NCBI GenBank assembly: GCA_040285855.1
Contig: JAUFOQ010000001.1
Coordinates: 1,426,001-1,490,000 of the forward strand
Direction: 5' to 3'
DNA from: Eukaryota sp. GEM-RC1
Lineage: Eukaryota
Length of the DNA: 64,000 bases
Below, piece after piece: positions 9,983 to 23,132 of this stretch. The translations under genes and the position numbers were made by a program. The notes under the pieces are model-generated. The model was given only the letters and a program-made list of their open reading frames with translations, was not told where the DNA came from and did not search any database. The stretch's first letter is position 1; each line of letters opens with the position of its first letter.

Positions 9983-12434
9983 ATGTCATTTTCTCTACCC
10001 TCAATCGAAACTCTTTCCATCATTCTAGATGAACCCTTCCTTTCTAACCAAACCATTACATTTGGAGAAGAATCCATTGAAGTTAATAAGTTCGTTCTAG
10101 CAGCGCATTCCACGTACTTCCGATCCCTCTGGTTCTTGGAGTTTGGGGACATGCTTGAGAATCCCATTGACTTCTCCCATCTTCCTATCAGTTCCAACAA
10201 CTTCTTTCTCTTCATCAAGTCCTTCTATGAACGATCTTTCACGCTGAACGAGGACAACGCTTACGAATTCTTTTACCTCGTCCACTACTTCCAAGTGGAC
10301 AAACTTATTCATCACGTTGAAAACCACCTCAACACTCATCTCGTAACCTGGGCTTGGTTAAAACCATTTATTAAAGAAGCAGATAAAAGAAATGACTTGA
10401 GAGCTCTGGAATTTGTTGGTCCTTTCTTTCTAAAATTGATGACCTGTTGATTGATGACGTGATGGCGATCACTACTGAAGGGTTTAAAACTCTTGTCAAA
10501 TATTGCACTTCCACTCAACCACAGTCGTGGTTCATCAAATCAATGGTGGAATCAATTTTGAATCAAAACTTCGATTTGAATGAATTTCTATATATTTTAA
10601 ATTCTTGTTCAATTGAGGCCTTTTCTTTTCAACAATGGGATGAGTTTCTGTTTGTTCCTTTAAAAGATGTTGAAGAATTGGAAGCCGATTTGATGAAGTT
10701 TTTGTTTACAAAAGTTAAGAATCTTTATTTTGACTCTTTGGTGAAGGAAGTTTCTGATTTAAAAGAAGAAAATTCTGAATTAACAACCGAAAATCATGAC
10801 TTGAATACAGAAGTTTTTCATCTGAAAACCACAATTTCTGATTTAGAAACGAACAACGTTGGTTTATCAACACAACTTTCTAGTTCAAATACTGAAATTC
10901 AGAATTTAACTGCTACAAATTCTAAAACACTTAACGAAATCACTCAATTAAAACAAGAAATAGAACAACTAAAAGGACAGCCACAGAAACTCAACTGGTG
11001 TCTCAGTCAGTTCCTCAATCAAAAATGATTAAATTCTCTCAAACTAGGAAACATTCTCAGTTACAAGTTAGTGGGGATAGAAAGAGAGTTGTTTATGGAA
11101 GTGGTAGTAGTGGTAAAAATATCTTGGGAGAAGATCCACTTCTTCCAGGTAATGTGTATACTTGGAAGTTGAGGTACCAGGGGATTACTAGTAATCTTTT
11201 TGTTGGAGTCATTGACGAGTCAAAGTTTAGTGTTGATGGTGGTTGTTATCAGAATGCTCACGGTACTTTCAGTCATGATTCCGTTTATGGTTGTCTCTCA
11301 GGAAACAAGACTAAGTGGAATCCTGGTGAATTACTGGAAATCAGTGTGAATCTAATGAATTACACTTTAACAATCAAATCCGTGAGTAATTCTTCAATTA
11401 ATCTTACTGGAACTCTTCCCAGGTTAAGTAGCGGTAATTATTATCCATTTGCAAGGCAATATTATAATAAGGATAAATGTCAAATATACTCATTTCCCAA
11501 ATCAATAATTCACACATACTCAAAATGAAATCAAAAATTCATGACGGTTTTACACTATAATGACTCTCATACAAGGAGCTACCTTTCCATCCAAAGATCT
11601 CTGAAAACAAGCTGTACATGAAGAACTTACTGAAACAAGAACGAAGTTGTATAACAACACTGAAGCGCTACAGTGTACATTGCCAAGAAGACTTGTTTAC
11701 ATGGAAACCGTCCGATTCTGCTCCTGAATTAAAGCTGCCATGGGTTAATAAATCTATAAAATAGAAAAACAATCAATTTATTGGAAACAACTCGTAGAAA
11801 AGCTATGACCAAAATGAATGAAAGATTCAACAAACTTAAGAAAATGAAAACAATGTGCCAGAAGATGTAAGCGTACTACTACAAAGGCAGCAGCTTCTCA
11901 GGTTGTTGCTTCGTTAACTTGTCCAACAGCAGATGTTCCTGTAAAGAGTGGCAGGAGAAGAAAGTCCAATGTGTTCACTTCGTCTGAAAGTACCACTAGT
12001 AGAGTTTATTGGTGCAGTACATCGAAACAGTCTCTTGAAGTTTTATGTCCGAAATTGTAGTGAGTTCGAGCAACAGGTAGCACCTACAATGGAAAAGCAG
12101 AAGAATGGTCCAGTTACTGAGAGGTAGAGGTCAAGAAGGAATGATCCATGATGATATGGATGTAGTGTCTGTAAGCATCAAAGTGTCTGTAAGAAGAAGG
12201 GACATACTATGAAGTCATGCCAGAACAAGTTGATGAGTAGGTGATACAACAGTGGTTATAAGAAATACAGGGAGATTGAAGAAGCAGAGATTTATGTGGA
12301 TATTGACTGAGTACAGATTGAGTATGGTTTGAATTTTTGATTTCAGTTTGAGTAGGTGTGAAATATTGATTTGTGGAATGAGTATAAATGAATTTTACCC
12401 TTATAATAATCATGTACTTGAAATCGTTGAATAA
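9983..12434 (+). pseudogene. BTB-CC-SPRY copy C, disrupted by a MULE insertion in its last variable loop
   Basis: Removing 11471-12409 restores FARQYYNNHVLEIVE*; the two -1 shifts (~10428, ~10973) are in homopolymers. Confidence 0.88.
11471..12400. mobile_element. Non-autonomous Mutator-like (MULE) element, 930 bp
   Basis: 9-bp TSD TTATAATAA (11462-11470, 12401-12409); ~70-bp imperfect TIR GGATAAATGTCAAATATACTCAT../GGGTAAAATTCATTTATACTCAT.. Confidence 0.9.
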
Positions 12435-12929
12435 AGAATTCTCATTGTGGGTCAGTTTTCATTTGCAACAGCCATTCAAATTCATTTTTGAATTCTGAAG
12501 CTAATTTGAATAGAAGACACCAACTACTAAAAGTGTCCCTGTTTACATTTATAATCAAAAACGCTCTTTAAATAATGAACTAAGTTGACAAATAAATAGT
12601 GTACCTTTATCAAATGAATTTTAAGTTAATTTATAGGTAAGTTGTTTAGTGATGGACAGAAGGATCATATGATGCTTATTGGTTTTGTTCGTTGTCTATG
12701 ATCTCTTCATGAGTTGCCACAGCCTGTATTCTGATATTATTATTTATGGTTATTAATTCTGTAGAATATTTAGTGTAAGCGAACGTAAGAATTCAATGTT
12801 TTTTCACTTCATCAACTATTACCGAAAACTACGTTGTCTAATTAAACAATTTAAACAATTTGTTACTCAACAAACATTTGTCATTAATAGACGAAATACA
12901 AACTACCAGTGTAGTACTTAAAGGTTAGT

Positions 12930-13950
12930 AAATGCTCTATATCTACTCTTGAGCCACCACAATACAATTTGTCGAGTATACGATTCAACTGCCTTGGGAA
13001 ACTTCTACACACGGAAAACAATGCGATTGTGCCAACGAGTTTGATTAACAGTTTTTCTTTGATCAAGGCACAATTTTGAAAAGGCATCAAAGAAATTTTC
13101 AGTAGTACTTCCAATATTACCAAGAATTGAAATAGCAAAAGAAATGAATTTAACAGAAGAATACAAATTGGAATTCAGTTTCTTCATTGTGTCAGAATAA
13201 GTGTCGATTTTGTATCAGAATTGAATACAAGATTTTAGCGGTCACTCGAAACAGAATTCAAATACACTTTTGCACAACGATAAACACTAGTAAAATCTAT
13301 CAATGCTTGGCAAGAATCAAGATATGGAACAATGAGATCACCTCGTCGAGAGAAAAGATCCTTAAAGGGCCACTTCGATGTATTTTCGAAAAAACATCGA
13401 AATGGTCGTTTGTTTTAATCATGGTAATTTTATCATCACTGTAATGCTTAAGAAGAAGTTTAATTATTCCACTCAGACCATGACATTTAAACATTTCATA
13501 CGTAACGTTTCGACCTGCATTGTGTAAAATAATTTTCTGAAACTAGCAATGTGTTAGATATCAGCTTTTGGTCTTCTATCACAGCAACACATAATTTTAT
13601 CTAACAATGCAGATGGGAATAGACGTAAACCAAGATGCTTGTTGAATTTCCAAGCCTCAATCTTAAGATGAAGACCATAAGGTCCATGCTGTTGAGTAAT
13701 ACAAGATGGACAATTTTTCAAACCTAAAAGAAAAGCAGCTAAGACTGGATTATTTTCCTCAGTCACGCTAAGACGTTTAGAAAAATCCAAGTCTTTTAAG
13801 CTATGGAAAATAAAATTTTGGAATTTTACAATAAATAAAGAGAAACGGTAAATTGACAACTTACCACAGAACTTTAGTAAATACAAAAATAACACAAAGT
13901 TGTGCAACATTTTATTGTCGTTTTCATAGTATTTCTGATAACTTCTTTAT
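12930..13950 (-). mobile_element. ~1-kb decayed 3' part of a CRE-like retroelement
   Basis: AAFLLGL..LHLKIEAWKFN..; RRGDLIVPYLDSCQALIDFT; FAISILGNIG..RWHNRIVF match the C-terminus of the RT element. Confidence 0.8.
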
Positions 13951-14559
13951 ACCGTCAAAGCTGATCAGAAACTACATGTACCAGACAGAATACACAGAAT
14001 GTGTATCTGCAAACAAAGAGAAAATGATTGAAGAACATTCAGACACAGTTTATGTGCCATAGAAATGTCTCAATAACAACCAAGTCAAAATATAGCCACT
14101 ATACTTTGGCGTTAGAGGAAGAATTGTTGGGCGATGTGACAACAATAGAGTAGACGTCGGAATAAATGAAGAAGTGGTTTCGTGAAGCCACTTCACGAAA
14201 CCACTCAATTGTAGGAAGACATACTGAAGATGATGAATCAAGAGCGTGATGTCTCCATCCCACCTCAATCCAACATACATAGTTCTATGATCGTGACTGA
14301 GTTACTACCAGTTCAGCTACAACCTTACACTAGGCCCAAGTATCTTTGAGTAACAATGATGATTCTATTCCCAGTGTCTTCACTTGAACTATATATTGCA
14401 GTGCTTGTTCTAAATCCTGCCGAGTACGGAAGGAAAACAGAAAGAGTTTCTGTAACATTGTGTTGGAGTTACATGGTGAACGATTGTGTGTGTAGAGTTT
14501 GTACAAAAATTGTCGTGCTCGAAGTTGTGTATTTCTCTAAATAAATGGAGAAACAGAAG

Positions 14560-14912
14560 GTGTTCTTCAAAACTCACTAAAGTGGAGGACCAGAAAAGCA
14601 ACTGGTGACAGAAAATTAACTGATCAACAATACAACTTAAGAGCCCAAGAATTCCAATGAGTGGTCGATCAACTTGATTGTTATCACCCTGATTTAGTTA
14701 TAATCACAAATAAAACACTAGCGCCTTGGTGTCCTGTTGATGGAACAACTTATGCTGAACGTGGCACGAGAAGGGTTTATATTCAATCAGAAAATGATAA
14801 ACGTGGTTGTACGACTACTCTATCAGTAACCAAAAGTGGTGAATTGCTGCCAGCCCAAAGCATCTGGACAGGATTAACTGAAAGATCCATTCCAAATGGA
14901 TGCTGCATTTGA
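14560..14912 (+). mobile_element. pogo-like DDE transposase remnant (second copy of the repeated block)
   Basis: Near-identical to 5690-6030. Confidence 0.65.
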
Positions 14913-15476
14913 GGAGACAGATCCTCACATTACATTCGTCCAGAATGTAATAGAAAGTATTTTCATTGTCTAACAAATAAGTTGTAACATGTACTCGGTT
15001 CAAAACAGCATCGATTCTGGTTTTCAAATTTCTTCTTATTTCATTTCTTTCGTCGAGTTAACATGTTTTAGACATCCAACAGGAAAAAAACTCTAAACTT
15101 GAACCCATTGATCCTTGTCAAAGTACGTAACTCGTGTCTACACTGAAGTCTTACAAGAATTGCAATCATGAAATATATAGATGCGTTGCCAAAGATCACA
15201 CACACATTTTGTTGGGAATGATTCCATTCGAGTACAAAAACTTTGAAGGAGAATCTGACTTCTTAGAAGGCAGCGTGTTGGTTCGAGCTTTTAATTATGG
15301 GTGTATTAGTTCAATAACATATCATGTAATATATATTTGACAGTCCCTGGTTATAGCTTCCTTAGGCTGATTTAATTATTGAGCCACCAGTTTGTCAATG
15401 TCGTATATCCCTTCAGTTACAATTTGTTACTTGTAGTTATTATTCTTTGTATTGTTTTTCGTATTGTTTGTTTGTA

Positions 15477-18400
15477 CAGTCTAACCTCTGAATAGTGACA
15501 TTTCTGAATAGTGACACCCTCTATATAGTGACACTTTTCCTCGTCAGTCGTCTAACAATTCTAAAAGGAGTTTGTTTCGCTCTTTAGTTTTCCGGGGTCA
15601 GTTTTCATCTGCTATCTCCCTCCTGGATGGAACTGATCTAGCTCAGAATTCTTTAGAAACTGTCAAGAAGCTGGAGTTGCTGCATCCAGTTGAACCTCCT
15701 TTTATTATTGAGAAGACTACTTCAAATTTTTGGTTAGGTTCTCCTATCACAAAGAATGAAGTGTCAAATGCCATCTTAAAAGCTAAAAGTGGTAAAGCTG
15801 CAGGTCCGTCAGGGCTGAGTTTTGATCACTTAAAAGCAGCCATCTCACATTCTACTGAGATTTGTGACGATTTAGCTGTTTTTTACAATCTAATTTGTCA
15901 GTGTCCAGCTAAGTGCCCTCATGCTCTGAAATCTAGCCGCTTGGTTGCATTGAACAAAAATGGTGGAGGTGTTAGACCTATTGCTGTTGGTGAAGTTGTC
16001 ATCCGTCTTTTTGCTACTATTTGTTTCGACAGAATTAAAGACAAAGCTGTGTCGTTCTTCAGACCTTTTCAGTATTGTATTGGTATCGTTGATGGTACTA
16101 ATTGTGCTAGTTTAATGACGGATCTTTTCCTAAACAGTGATGTCAACAACTTGGTTCTTAATGTTCATTATAAGAATGCTTTTAATTGTGTTTTTCGTTC
16201 TGAAATTTATAAGGATTTAGTCGCTCATTTTCCTGAGCTGATTTCATACTTTAATTTAATGTATGGTTCTTATACTTCTCTATTATTCAATGAACACACT
16301 ATTTCGTCTTCTCGTGGTGTTAAACAGGGTGACCCTTTGGGCCCTTTCTTGTTTTGTCTTCCCTTACAAAGAATTCTTCGTTTTTTTTCTTTAAAATTTC
16401 CTAATATCAAGTTAACTTCGTATGCTGATGACACTTCATTAGTAGGACCATTGGATGCTCTGAAATCTAGTTTTGCTCATTTCGTTTCCTTATCGAAAGG
16501 TATTGGATTGTCAATCAATCTGCAGAAATGTTTGGTTATTGGTAGAACTCCTGTCAAAATTCTTCATGGTGAATCATCGATACCATTCGTTAATTATTCC
16601 AAGGAATGTATTCGTTTTTTGGGAAATTATATAGGTAATGATGAGGAAATCAAGAAGCGCTTAGCCGAAAAGAATTTGTCAATTCATTGCAAACTCAAAG
16701 AAGTTCTGGATCTGGGAGTTGGAAAGCAGATTTCGTTTGCCGTTTTACAAGCTTGCTTTGCTGGTAAAATCACTCATTATCTAAGGGGCCTTCCTCCTAA
16801 TGTTACTTGTGATTTTTCGAGAGATTTTAACAAGATCCGAACCAAGTTTTTGAGTGTACTGATAGACTGTGGTGACACTTCGTTGCCAGGTCACTGCTTT
16901 ACATCCACTTGTTTTGGGGGTGTAGGTTTCTCAAAGGCAAAGTATCTTCGTGAAGGAGCTTTCTTAGGGTGTTTAAAGAATTTCTTGTTCGAGTTTCGTA
17001 TCCGTTATCCTGATCTTTGGCTTGATCATCGTTTTCTCTCATCTTCCCCGTGTTCATGGTTAACTAGTCTGCAAGATCAGATTGAGAACCTTGATGCTGA
17101 TATATGGGCGTCTCTTTTCCCCATATCTGTTACTGAGATCCCTCAAAGAAGTTTGTTCTCCTTACCACTATGTGTCCGTAAATTGCAGAAGCAATTTATC
17201 AACTATCATGAAAGCTTGGACTTTAACAATCGTATTAGCTTGGCTAAAATCGAGAGTCCCGCTTTTTGTGCTTTTTTGAAAGACATTTCTAGTAATGAGG
17301 CTTCTACTTTGATTACTCGATATCCTCAAAGATATAGTTTTAACTTAAAAGATCATGAATGGCTTATCAACATTCGTTTGAGGTTGGGTTTATGGCCTGT
17401 TGGTCTCCTGCAAAAGTCTACTTGTGTGTGTGGTTCTTCTTTAGCCTCTTTCCATCATGTGGTCAACTGTCATAAGTTTATTCATTTAAGATCAATTATT
17501 CACAACAGTTTACGTGATCAATGTTTAGAATTGTTTAAGAGCAATGGTTTTCATGGGAAAATCGAACCAGTTTTAAATACTTTGTCTGACTCCAATTATG
17601 AGGGATAAGAGTAGAGGTGATTTGATTGGTCCTTGGTTGTCCTCTCAAGAATTCATTATGGACTTTACTACGGTTGATCCTTGTAACTCAACTTCTGTTA
17701 ACAAAATTTTAGACGAAAACTATTCAGCTCTTGAAACTGCTGAAAGGGAAAAAATTAGATCGTTATGGCGAATTAATTTCCAACATGAATTCTCGCCGAC
17801 ACAATCCTTTTGTTTTTCATCCTTTTGCTATTTCTCTTTATGGTACGTTTGGTTGCTTCGGTCAACAATTTCTCACAGATTTTGGCAAATTGTGTAAGCA
17901 GTATGGAAAGAATTTTAATGAAAGTTACTGGAGAGGAAGGTTGTCGTTTTCCCTTTTCAAAGCATTGTTTAGGTATTTTGATTCAATTTTGAACCGTCTC
18001 TTTGCATTGATACATGAATTTGAGATGATGTAGAGGTATTTGTATCTCATTTGTTAATATTGATGATAGTTTGTATTTGTAAGAGTAAATAAAAGGCGTT
18101 TCTTTTCCTCTGCCCGACTTTTTGTTGACTCCACCAACTTCTTCATGATCAAATAAACCACATGTTTGTCTTTCTCTGCACATACACAACACCCACATTC
18201 TTCACGTGCATCCTATTTCTACCAGAATTTGGCAAGATTCTAACCGTTTCACTCTGATGTCACTTTTATATCATATATAGCACTATAAGTCAAACGGTCT
18301 CCGTTAGAACGAAGATTAAGACCTTTGGATATACACCGTGATGGCGACTTCTAAAAGCAAGAAAGTTGTCTGAGAGGAATACTTCCTCCTTGCCAACACT

Positions 18401-18934
18401 GAATATGTCATTTGGGGATACATGCATGTTGCTGGGAGAAACTAGGATGCTCATCACATCAGTTTCCCCTTACAACAAGCAAAAAAAGAGGAAAGAGGTG
18501 TTGGAATTGGTTCTTGTGACACTTCGTTTATGGTCTGATGGTGTTTTCACACATCTTCTCTTCAAATTTCACTTACACATCCGAAGTTGACCAACATAAC
18601 AAATCCGTATATATCTCCTCATTTCTCTCTCCAAATGACTCATTATCATTCCCTTAGACGGATTGAGTGTCTAAGATCGTCCTATGTTTGATGGATGTTG
18701 ACAAACAGTCTATTTTCTCTCACTTTGCCTGCCTCCATTATTCTCATCCTCCTTTCCAGTTGTGATACCACTGATAGGATCAAAAGGTGCACAGTTGGTT
18801 CAATAGTATAGTTTATCAGCAATAAAGCCCATACGTTCGTATAGTAGACGCACGATCTATTTCCCTCGATATAGTGACACCCTCTATATAGTGACTGCCG
18901 CTGGGGTGTCACTACATAATTAGAGGGTAGACTG
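15477..18934. mobile_element. pogo/Tigger-type TIR element carrying a nested retroelement
   Basis: TA|CAGTCTAACCTCT..AGAGGGTAGACTG|TA; subterminal ATAGTGACA repeats; empty site ..GCTTG-TA-TCTCGAAAAG visible at ~29640. Confidence 0.9.
15543..18101 (+). mobile_element. 5'-truncated CRE/SLACS-like non-LTR retrotransposon (RT, zinc knuckle, restriction-like endonuclease)
   Basis: GKAAGPSG, RPIAVGE, GVKQGDPLGPFLF, YADD, CVC..HVVNC, RGDL..DFTTVDP; 9-bp TSD CTTTTCCTC (15534-15542, 18102-18110); AATAAA near the 3' end. Confidence 0.9.
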
Positions 18935-19089
18935 TATCTCGAAAAAGAAGAAGAAATGTCAGTGTTGAAGTCCAAAGACTCCGAATTGTAGATATTATTC
19001 CCATTTCATTGTACATGGGCCAACAATGAGACTTAATTTAATTGACAAAGAAAATATTAAACAAGAATTCCTCAGGGATTATGTTGGCC

Positions 19090-19470
19090 CAGATAATTCT
19101 CAAAATAAGTGAAAAACAACAACGAAACCATTCAAATTTCTCAATGAAGAAAACAGACTGTAAATCTGCTTCAGAGAGATGATCCAATGAATGTAATTGA
19201 GGTAGGTTTTGATGCAACAGATTATACGTATCGTATTTGATTGAAGAAACAAGTTGACTGATTGATGAGGAGACTCGATGGTTGCCATAGCCAACTTGTG
19301 AAAAGAATGATGGCAATTGTTGCTCCAAACGACGAAGCACAAAGTAATATCTCCATGACTGAGGTTGAGAGAGGACTTTAAATACAAGCCAGTGGAGATT
19401 GATCAGGGATAATAAAGACTACTGAAAACGTAAGTACTTGGAGAAAGACGTAAGCAATGAGAACCAAGCA
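19090..19470 (-). pseudogene. Decayed LRR-gene 5' end, head-to-head with copy D
   Basis: Homologous to 9280-9760 (ESPHQSVNLFLQSNT..QSVF). Confidence 0.72.
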
Positions 19471-19610
19471 GACAGTGTATCAGAGTTAGGTTGCGGGAAG
19501 GAGATACTAGAAGAGGAGGAAACATTGAACACTTAACTTGTTAAAAGGCCACAAAATCATTGGTCTCCCGTTTTAGTCTCATTTACTTATCTCCTTCTCT
19601 ATTGCTTCTA

Positions 19611-21155
19611 ATGTCATTTTCTCTACCCTCAATCGAAACTCTTTCCATCATTCTAGATGAACCCTTCCTTTCTAACCAAACCATTACATTTGGAGAAGAA
19701 TCCATTGAAGTTAATAAGTTCGTTCTAGCAGCGCATTCCACGTACTTCCGATCCCTCTGGTTCTTGGAGTTTGGGGACATGCTTGAGAATCCCATTGACT
19801 TCTCCCATCTTCCTATCAGTTCCAACAACTTCTTTCTCTTCATCAAGTCCTTCTATGAACGATCTTTCACGCTGAACGAGGACAACGCTTACGAATTCTT
19901 TTACCTCGTCCACTACTTCCAAGTGGACAAACTTATTCATCACGTTGAAAACCACCTCAACACTCATCTCGTAACCTGGGCTTGGTTAAAACCATTCATT
20001 AAAGAAGCAGATGAAAGAAATGACTTGAGAGCTCTGGAATTTGTTGGTCCTTTCTTTTCTAAAATTGATGACCTGTTGATTGATGACGTGATGGCGATCA
20101 CTACTGAAGGGTTTAAAACTCTTGTCAAATATTGCACTTCCACTCAACCACAGTCGTGGTTCATCAAATCAATGGTGGAATCAATTTTGAATCAAAACTT
20201 CGATTTGAATGAATTTCTATATATTTTAAATTCTTGTTCAATTGAGGCCTTTTCTTTTCAACAATGGGATGAGTTTCTGTTTGTTCCTTTAAAAGATGTT
20301 GAAGAATTGGAAGCCGATTTGATGAAGTTTTTGTTTACAAGAGTTAAGCATCTATATTTTGATTCGTTGGTTAAGGAAAACTCTGATTTAAAGGAAGAAA
20401 ATTCTGAATTAGCAACCAAAATTACTGTTGTAGAAAGTAACAATTCTGAATTAAGTGTTCTTACTACTGATTTAACAACGGAAGTTCAAGACTTGAAGTC
20501 AGAAAATTCCGGTTTATCAATTCAAATTTCTAGTTTAGCAACTGAAATTCAGAATTTAAGCACTACATATTCTAACTCTCTTAATGAAATAACTCAATTA
20601 AAACGAGAAATTGAACAACTAAAAAAGACAGATACAGAAACTCAACTGGTGTCTCAATCAGTTCCTCAATCAAAAGTGATTAGATTCTCACAAATTAGGA
20701 AACATTCTGAATTGCAAGTTAGTGATGATAGAAAGAGAGTTGTTGTTGGAAGTGGTTTTAGTGGGTCTAGAAATATCTTGGGAGAAGATCCACTTCTTCC
20801 AGGTAATGTTTATACTTGGAAGTTGAGGTACCAGGGCAATATTACTATGCTTTTTGTTGGAGTCATTGACGAGTCAAAGTTTAGTGATGATGAAGAAAAT
20901 TGTTTCTACTCGAATGCACACTGTTATGCCAACAGTTTAAATATATGTGGTTGTCTCTCAGGAAACAAAGCTAGGTGGAATCTCGGTGAATTACTCGAAG
21001 TCAATGTAAATCTAATTACTGACACTTTAACAATCAAATCCATGAGTAATTCTTCTATTAATCTTACTGGAGCTCTTCCTAGATTAACTAGCTGTAATTA
21101 TTATCCATACGCTTTTTTATATTATGGTGATCATGTACTTGAAATCGTTGAATAA
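19611..21155 (+). CDS. BTB-CC-SPRY copy D
   Basis: Intact ORF with the same architecture as copy A. Confidence 0.88.
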   Translation: MSFSLPSIETLSIILDEPFLSNQTITFGEESIEVNKFVLAAHSTYFRSLWFLEFGDMLENPIDFSHLPISSNNFFLFIKSFYERSFTLNEDNAYEFFYLVHYFQVDKLIHHVENHLNTHLVTWAWLKPFIKEADERNDLRALEFVGPFFSKIDDLLIDDVMAITTEGFKTLVKYCTSTQPQSWFIKSMVESILNQNFDLNEFLYILNSCSIEAFSFQQWDEFLFVPLKDVEELEADLMKFLFTRVKHLYFDSLVKENSDLKEENSELATKITVVESNNSELSVLTTDLTTEVQDLKSENSGLSIQISSLATEIQNLSTTYSNSLNEITQLKREIEQLKKTDTETQLVSQSVPQSKVIRFSQIRKHSELQVSDDRKRVVVGSGFSGSRNILGEDPLLPGNVYTWKLRYQGNITMLFVGVIDESKFSDDEENCFYSNAHCYANSLNICGCLSGNKARWNLGELLEVNVNLITDTLTIKSMSNSSINLTGALPRLTSCNYYPYAFLYYGDHVLEIVE

Positions 21156-21339
21156 AGTTCATAGCCTTGTCATTTTGGTAATTCCCCTCATTTAAAGTAG
21201 TGATTGTAAATTATACAGCCCTAGTTTGACAATTTAATTAACAATTGAAGCTGGTATTGTTATGAAATCGTGTATTTCTTTGTTGTAATGTAATTTGTTA
21301 AATAAGTCAACACTTTTGGTCTGCATCTGTCTGAAGAGC

Positions 21340-21650
21340 CTAGAGAATAAACATGGCTGACGCTTAAGTTTGTTCCTTACATCTTCACAATGCAACATTT
21401 ATACATGTACCTAATTGCCTGCATTTTGCTCAGAATTGTCCTGTTTCCAATAACGACGTCAGAGATGTTACATTTGAACCGTTTAAAGCTCGTGGATTTC
21501 GTGCCAGAGTTCAAATTTTGTCCTGCAAGTTCAATCTTGATTTAATCGATAATCCTGTGACTTACATGGTCCCTTTCATGATTCCAGTCAAATTATCCTT
21601 GATGTCAAAACATTGGATCCGTGTGATCAATTATTTTATTTGTACATTTT
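21340..21650 (+). mobile_element. CRE-like zinc-knuckle/RLE remnant
   Basis: HVPNCLHF..NDVRD..FKARGF..ILDVKTLDPC parallels HVVNCHKF..NSLRD..FKSNGF..MDFTTVDPC. Confidence 0.65.
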
Positions 21651-22704
21651 CTATCAGTCACTAACACTATTGATAAATACACAATACATTTGATCATCCC
21701 TTTCTTGTCGAAAAAAGTTAGTTGACTTTCTGCTTCGTGTAAGTGCTCTAACAGCGTCGCTATTTTATAGAGATCTGTGGATCTTCAACATTAGTTCAAT
21801 TTCCAGCATCGTTTACTGATCATATGGCTGGATATAGTGGTTAGATTGGCTTAGAACCTAGGCAAAGGCTCGTCTGTATCGGTTAGGTTCTACATTGACA
21901 TGTCCAAGTTTGAGGAAAAGTGTGTCAACCTTAATTTTTGGCTGAGCTTGAGTATTTCACACATCCTGTTTCCAGGTCAATCAACAACCTTGAGCACTAA
22001 ACATAACTCATGTACTATATACATCAATGAAGTTTACTCTCCAACATATTATTTCTTTTGTTTTGCTTTGTTTTATTTGTATGAGCGTGAAAAGTGTCAA
22101 AAATAAATATATATAAATAGAAATAGAAATAATTAGAAATTATATATAATTATGAGGAGCCCTGACTCATTGCGTAAGATTCTGTTTTGGTGGTGTCAAC
22201 ACTATACCAATTATTGAAATTATGCGTATTCACTATTTTAGTTTAGCTTGAAATTCATCCATACTTTATACAAGTTGTTATCCTCTAACAAGGTTCTTTT
22301 GTTTTAAAAAGTACGATTAGTACATCCCACGTCTCTTTGCACGATTCTCAAAGTCATTTAACTAATCTTAAGAAGAGCAAGCTGAAGAGTCTGATTCAAT
22401 GATGGAACATATTTTCGTTTTCAGTTCATTTAATTGTTTTTCCAAATATATTTCTCACGATGGAAGACTCTTAAAATTTAACTTTGACTAATGAACTGAA
22501 ATGGGTTCGTTCTTCGGAAAAACAACCTGAATCACTAAACACACTAGTGAAATGAATTGAACAAATACAATGAATCATAATCAGTATGTACTTCAGTTTC
22601 AGTTAAGTTCACCTTCCGGCAATTGAACTTACATTAAATTAGCACCAACAGTCTGTCATCGTCGTTATACTACAAACATACAAGATTCCCTCTGTGAATT
22701 TTTT

Positions 22705-23132
22705 GAGCGTTATGCCATAATGCAATTTTTGACTGCCATACGGGCCATATGCGTATGGCCGTATGGCGTGTTTTGGAAGTGTTTTAATGAGTTATGTGGT
22801 AACCCAACACCACATTGGACTGCACTTTTATTCAACATCTAATTATGATACCTATTGATCAATCCGAGTCTTTTCAGGCAGAAGTCATCAATTTAGATTC
22901 TTTCATGATCAAGTGTCTTACTCTAACCCAATTAGAACACCTCCAGATCTTGCTGTACAAGAGACTGTTATTGAATGATATCGGATGATTGTATTACATT
23001 TGTAAGGATTAAGTCGTATCTTATGAATGTAGAAGTATCACAAAAAAATAACCATATTTATGGCAGAAAATGCCATATCGCATATGGTAGTATGACACGT
23101 ATGGTCGTATGGCATTATGGCACATAACGCTG
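22705..23132. mobile_element. hAT-type MITE with GCCATA/TATGGC subterminal repeats
   Basis: Inverted ends (G/C)AGCGTTATG; flanking GAATTTTT direct repeats (22696, 23133). Confidence 0.65.

Noticed and set aside
15572..17608. RT as a diversity-generating retroelement acting on the SPRY genes
   Set aside because: Motifs and the RLE C-terminus are non-LTR CRE-like, the copy has its own TSD and a mutated catalytic motif, and no template repeat was seen
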